Part shown: in pieces, positions 24,036-25,271 of the stretch | Layout: each line of letters starts with the position of its first letter | Position numbering within the stretch: position 1 is the stretch's first letter | The notes under the pieces: model-generated | What the model saw: the letters and a program-made list of their open reading frames with translations, nothing else | The model's database searches: none | Told to the model about the DNA's origin: nothing | Program-made: the position numbers and the translations under genes | IMG/VR virus record: IMGVR_UViG_3300045988_133315 | Span: 1 to 25,271 of that record | Origin: a virus | Length of the DNA: 25,271 bases | Reading direction: 5' to 3' (one strand)

Positions 24036-24220
24036 TACCCCCTCTCATGCACTCATGACCCAGTTTTTTTGAACTCCCCACGCCGTTCCCCGAAACCCAA
24101 AAAACTTCCGAAAGATAGGGGGGTCTATGCTGATCTGATCCATGCCCAGGGCGCTTTCAGGGTTCAAAATTTGATTCATGCAGCTACCATAACGCCGCAC
24201 CGCTCACGGCTTCAATCATA
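24036..24220. other. GC-rich island; candidate cos (cohesive end) region
   Basis: About 50% G+C by hand count over 24061-24220, against an AT-rich background. Contains CCCCCTCTC / GGGGGGTC, GAACTCCCCACGCCGTTCCCCGAAA, and short repeats (CTCATG x2, TGATC x2). Non-coding, just upstream of HNH-terS-terL. Confidence 0.4.
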
Positions 24221-24437
24221 TGACTATCATATATTTATTATTGTGTTGAAACATCTTTCAACATGTCTTGTTGAAAGCGTTCTTTCATAACATTACTATA
24301 GCTGTATTAATAGAACACGCGCGCACGTTCTTATATATGCAATAAGTCTTTCATCACTCCAATACATTGAATCATGCGCACCCGTTCCATATGTTCAAGC
24401 GTGCTACTTGTCTTCCTGGAACTGAAGCAAACCACAC

Positions 24438-24461
24438 AAAAAAAGGACGGTCAAACCGTCC
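24438..24461 (-). terminator. Rho-independent terminator inside the non-coding region
   Basis: The minus RNA reads GGACGGU-UUG-ACCGUCC followed by U7. Confidence 0.65.
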
Positions 24462-24589
24462 ACACATATATATTTATAAGTCTGATAACTCTATCTTATA
24501 AGACCAAACGCAAACACTAGAGAAAGCCTTACAAATAGGCGCTTGCGTGCACGTTTGCAAAACTAAAAGCTTTTTGAAAAAATGAGCAT

Positions 24590-24625
24590 AAAAAAAAAGA
24601 CGGCTTTATATTTTTGTGCCGTCTT
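24590..24625 (-). terminator. Rho-independent terminator of the HTH regulator gene
   Basis: The minus RNA reads AAGACGGC-(13-nt loop)-GCCGUCUU followed by U9. It overlaps the last codons of the ORF. Confidence 0.6.
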
Positions 24626-24812
24626 CAAATTCAAAATAGCATTTGTATTTTGCGCCTATCGCTTGCGCCATTTTTTCAAGTTCTTCATCTGTGAATTTTT
24701 CGCGTTTGATTCTAGTGCTTACATTTTGCTTGGTGCATCCAAACGCATCCGCGATATCTTGCTGGTTTTTATGAGCATAAGCAAGCGCGGCTATAATTTG
24801 ATTTTCTTTCAT
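24606..24812 (-). CDS. Small XRE/Cro-type helix-turn-helix regulator (68 aa)
   Basis: HTH segment NQQDIADAFGCTKQNVSTRIKR. RBS GGGAGG. It has its own promoter and terminator. Confidence 0.85.
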   Translation of the reverse strand: MKENQIIAALAYAHKNQQDIADAFGCTKQNVSTRIKREKFTDEELEKMAQAIGAKYKCYFEFEDGTKI

Positions 24813-24840
24813 ATAACTGCATGCCTCCCGTCCTATATTT

Positions 24841-24869
24841 ATTTTATAATATCAAACATTATTTTTCAA
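24841..24869 (-). promoter_or_regulatory. Promoter of the HTH gene, TTGAAA-17-TAAAAT, with the direct repeat ATCAAACATT at 24851-24860 and 24872-24881
   Basis: -35 at 24864-24869 and -10 at 24841-24846 on the minus strand. The two 10-bp repeats are 21 bp apart: one in the spacer, one just upstream of the -35. Confidence 0.45.
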
Positions 24870-24896
24870 TAATCAAACATTTATTTTATTTTTTGC

Positions 24897-24925
24897 TTGA
24901 CAATGTAAAACGTTCGTTTTATTAT
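24897..24925 (+). promoter_or_regulatory. Divergent sigma-A promoter TTGACA-17-TATTAT with the dyad AAAACG-TT-CGTTTT (24907-24920) in its spacer
   Basis: Hexamers at 24897-24902 and 24920-24925. Followed by AGGAGG and a GTG-initiated ORF. Confidence 0.55.
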
Positions 24926-24968
24926 GTAAATGTCTTAAGAGACAAGCCACACGAAAGGAGGTGCAAAC

Positions 24969-25136
24969 GTGGCAAAGTATAAACGTAGCAAACCGATGAA
25001 ACGTCGCGATAGAAAAAAGCGCGAAAAAAAAGAGCGCATGATTTCGTACCTATCCAAAACGTTCGAAATTATATACACGCTCTTAATCGGTGAAGCCCTC
25101 AAGCTTCTTGCTAAATATCTAAGTGACTTATTTTAG
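24969..25136 (+). CDS. Small protein (55 aa) with a poly-basic N-terminus and a hydrophobic/amphipathic C-terminus; not in the ORF track
   Basis: AGGAGG (24956-24961) lies 7 nt before the GTG. Translation: MAKYKRSKPMKRRDRKKREKKERMISYLSKTFEIIYTLLIGEALKLLAKYLSDLF. The stop lies in the loop of a 9-bp hairpin (25119-25144). Confidence 0.5.
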   Translation: MAKYKRSKPMKRRDRKKREKKERMISYLSKTFEIIYTLLIGEALKLLAKYLSDLF

Positions 25137-25263
25137 TCACTTAGGTACTTATATTATACCACGTTTTAAAATATGGAACTACTAAAAATAGCGTTATTAC
25201 TATCGTTAGCATTCAATGCATATCTTTTAAAAAAAATGATTGAAAAGTAAGGAGGTAAAGATT

Positions 25264-25271
25264 ATGTGTGA
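25264..25271 (+). CDS. Start of a further plus-strand gene, truncated by the window end
   Basis: GGAGG (25251-25255) lies 8 nt before the ATG at 25264. Only 8 nt are visible. Confidence 0.3.

Larger units (their letters stand above)
168..25271 (-). mobile_element. Prophage, late/structural half (siphovirus, HK97-like cos packaging module); the right end runs beyond the window
   Basis: Uninterrupted co-oriented HNH-TerS-TerL-portal-protease-capsid-connector-tail-tape measure-Dit-Tal-fibre-holin-endolysin order. It ends next to an orphan tRNA 3' fragment and a host tRNA gene. Confidence 0.85.

Noticed and set aside
24036-24220. GC-rich island as a structured ncRNA (riboswitch, or a large phage-associated RNA such as ROOL/GOLLD)
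   Set aside because: I could not build a convincing nested secondary structure by hand, nor recognise any conserved riboswitch or large-RNA motif. A DNA-level role (cos) fits the context better. A covariance-model scan (Rfam/Infernal) would settle this.
23943-24290. 115-aa plus-strand ORF spanning the non-coding control region
   Set aside because: It has a TTG start without an RBS. It runs through the palindromic box and the GC-rich island, has an odd Pro/Arg/Ser/His-rich composition, and is opposed in orientation to all neighbours. The region is better explained as cos and regulatory DNA.
24313-24330. GAAC...GTTC palindrome as a LexA (Cheo) box
   Set aside because: The Firmicute SOS box is GAAC-N4-GTTC. 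Here the half-sites are separated by 10 nt.
24582-24872. 96-aa plus-strand ORF overlapping the HTH gene
   Set aside because: It is antisense to a convincing HTH ORF that has its own RBS, promoter and terminator. It is Phe/Ile-rich and has no RBS.
25173-25250. 25-aa hydrophobic peptide ORF (MELLKIALLLSLAFNAYLLKKMIEK) between the small basic protein and the next gene
   Set aside because: There is no recognisable RBS upstream of its ATG and it is very short. It cannot be separated from chance in AT-rich DNA without ribosome profiling. It is noted because its stop abuts the next RBS.
1-25271. CRISPR arrays, integrase/recombinase, reverse transcriptase (DGR/retron) or recognised defence-system genes
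   Set aside because: There are no regularly spaced direct repeats, and none of the ORFs has motifs of these families. The tail fibre shows no obvious template/variable repeat pair by eye.

Overview
The window holds the late half of a temperate, HK97-like siphovirus prophage in an AT-rich (Bacillota-like) genome. Nearly all of it is encoded on the minus strand. Reading right to left: a small XRE-type HTH regulator with divergent promoters (about 24.6-25.0 kb); a roughly 700-bp non-coding control region with a GC-rich island that may be cos (23.9-24.6 kb); HNH endonuclease, TerS (P27-like), TerL, portal, prohead protease and major capsid; four head-tail joining proteins; major tail protein, the G/G-T chaperone pair, tape measure, Dit, and Tal with a ricin-like lectin insert; two baseplate proteins and a 931-aa tail fibre with a GH16 glucanase domain. 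Next comes an accessory region (1.4-4.9 kb) with two holin-like proteins, a sigma-70 region-4-only protein and a five-gene cassette of Gln/Met-rich, Cys-rich and C1q/BclA-like proteins. It ends with holin plus a CHAP endolysin. The left edge carries an orphan tRNA 3' fragment (candidate att core) beside an intact tRNA-Asp and its terminator, so the phage probably integrated inside a tRNA operon. The most interesting points are: (1) the unexplained low-complexity/Cys-rich cassette, whose proteins resemble spore-coat or exosporium components; (2) a 19-bp palindromic box repeated exactly upstream of both the packaging operon and the holin-endolysin pair, each 20 nt from a -10-like hexamer, combined with a promoter-proximal terminator and a 25-bp inverted repeat covering the HNH start; (3) a second A9G slippery run at the end of the major capsid gene, opening a start-less 51-codon -1 frame. 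All coordinates were counted by hand and may be off by a few nt. All family assignments rest on remembered motifs, not on searches.
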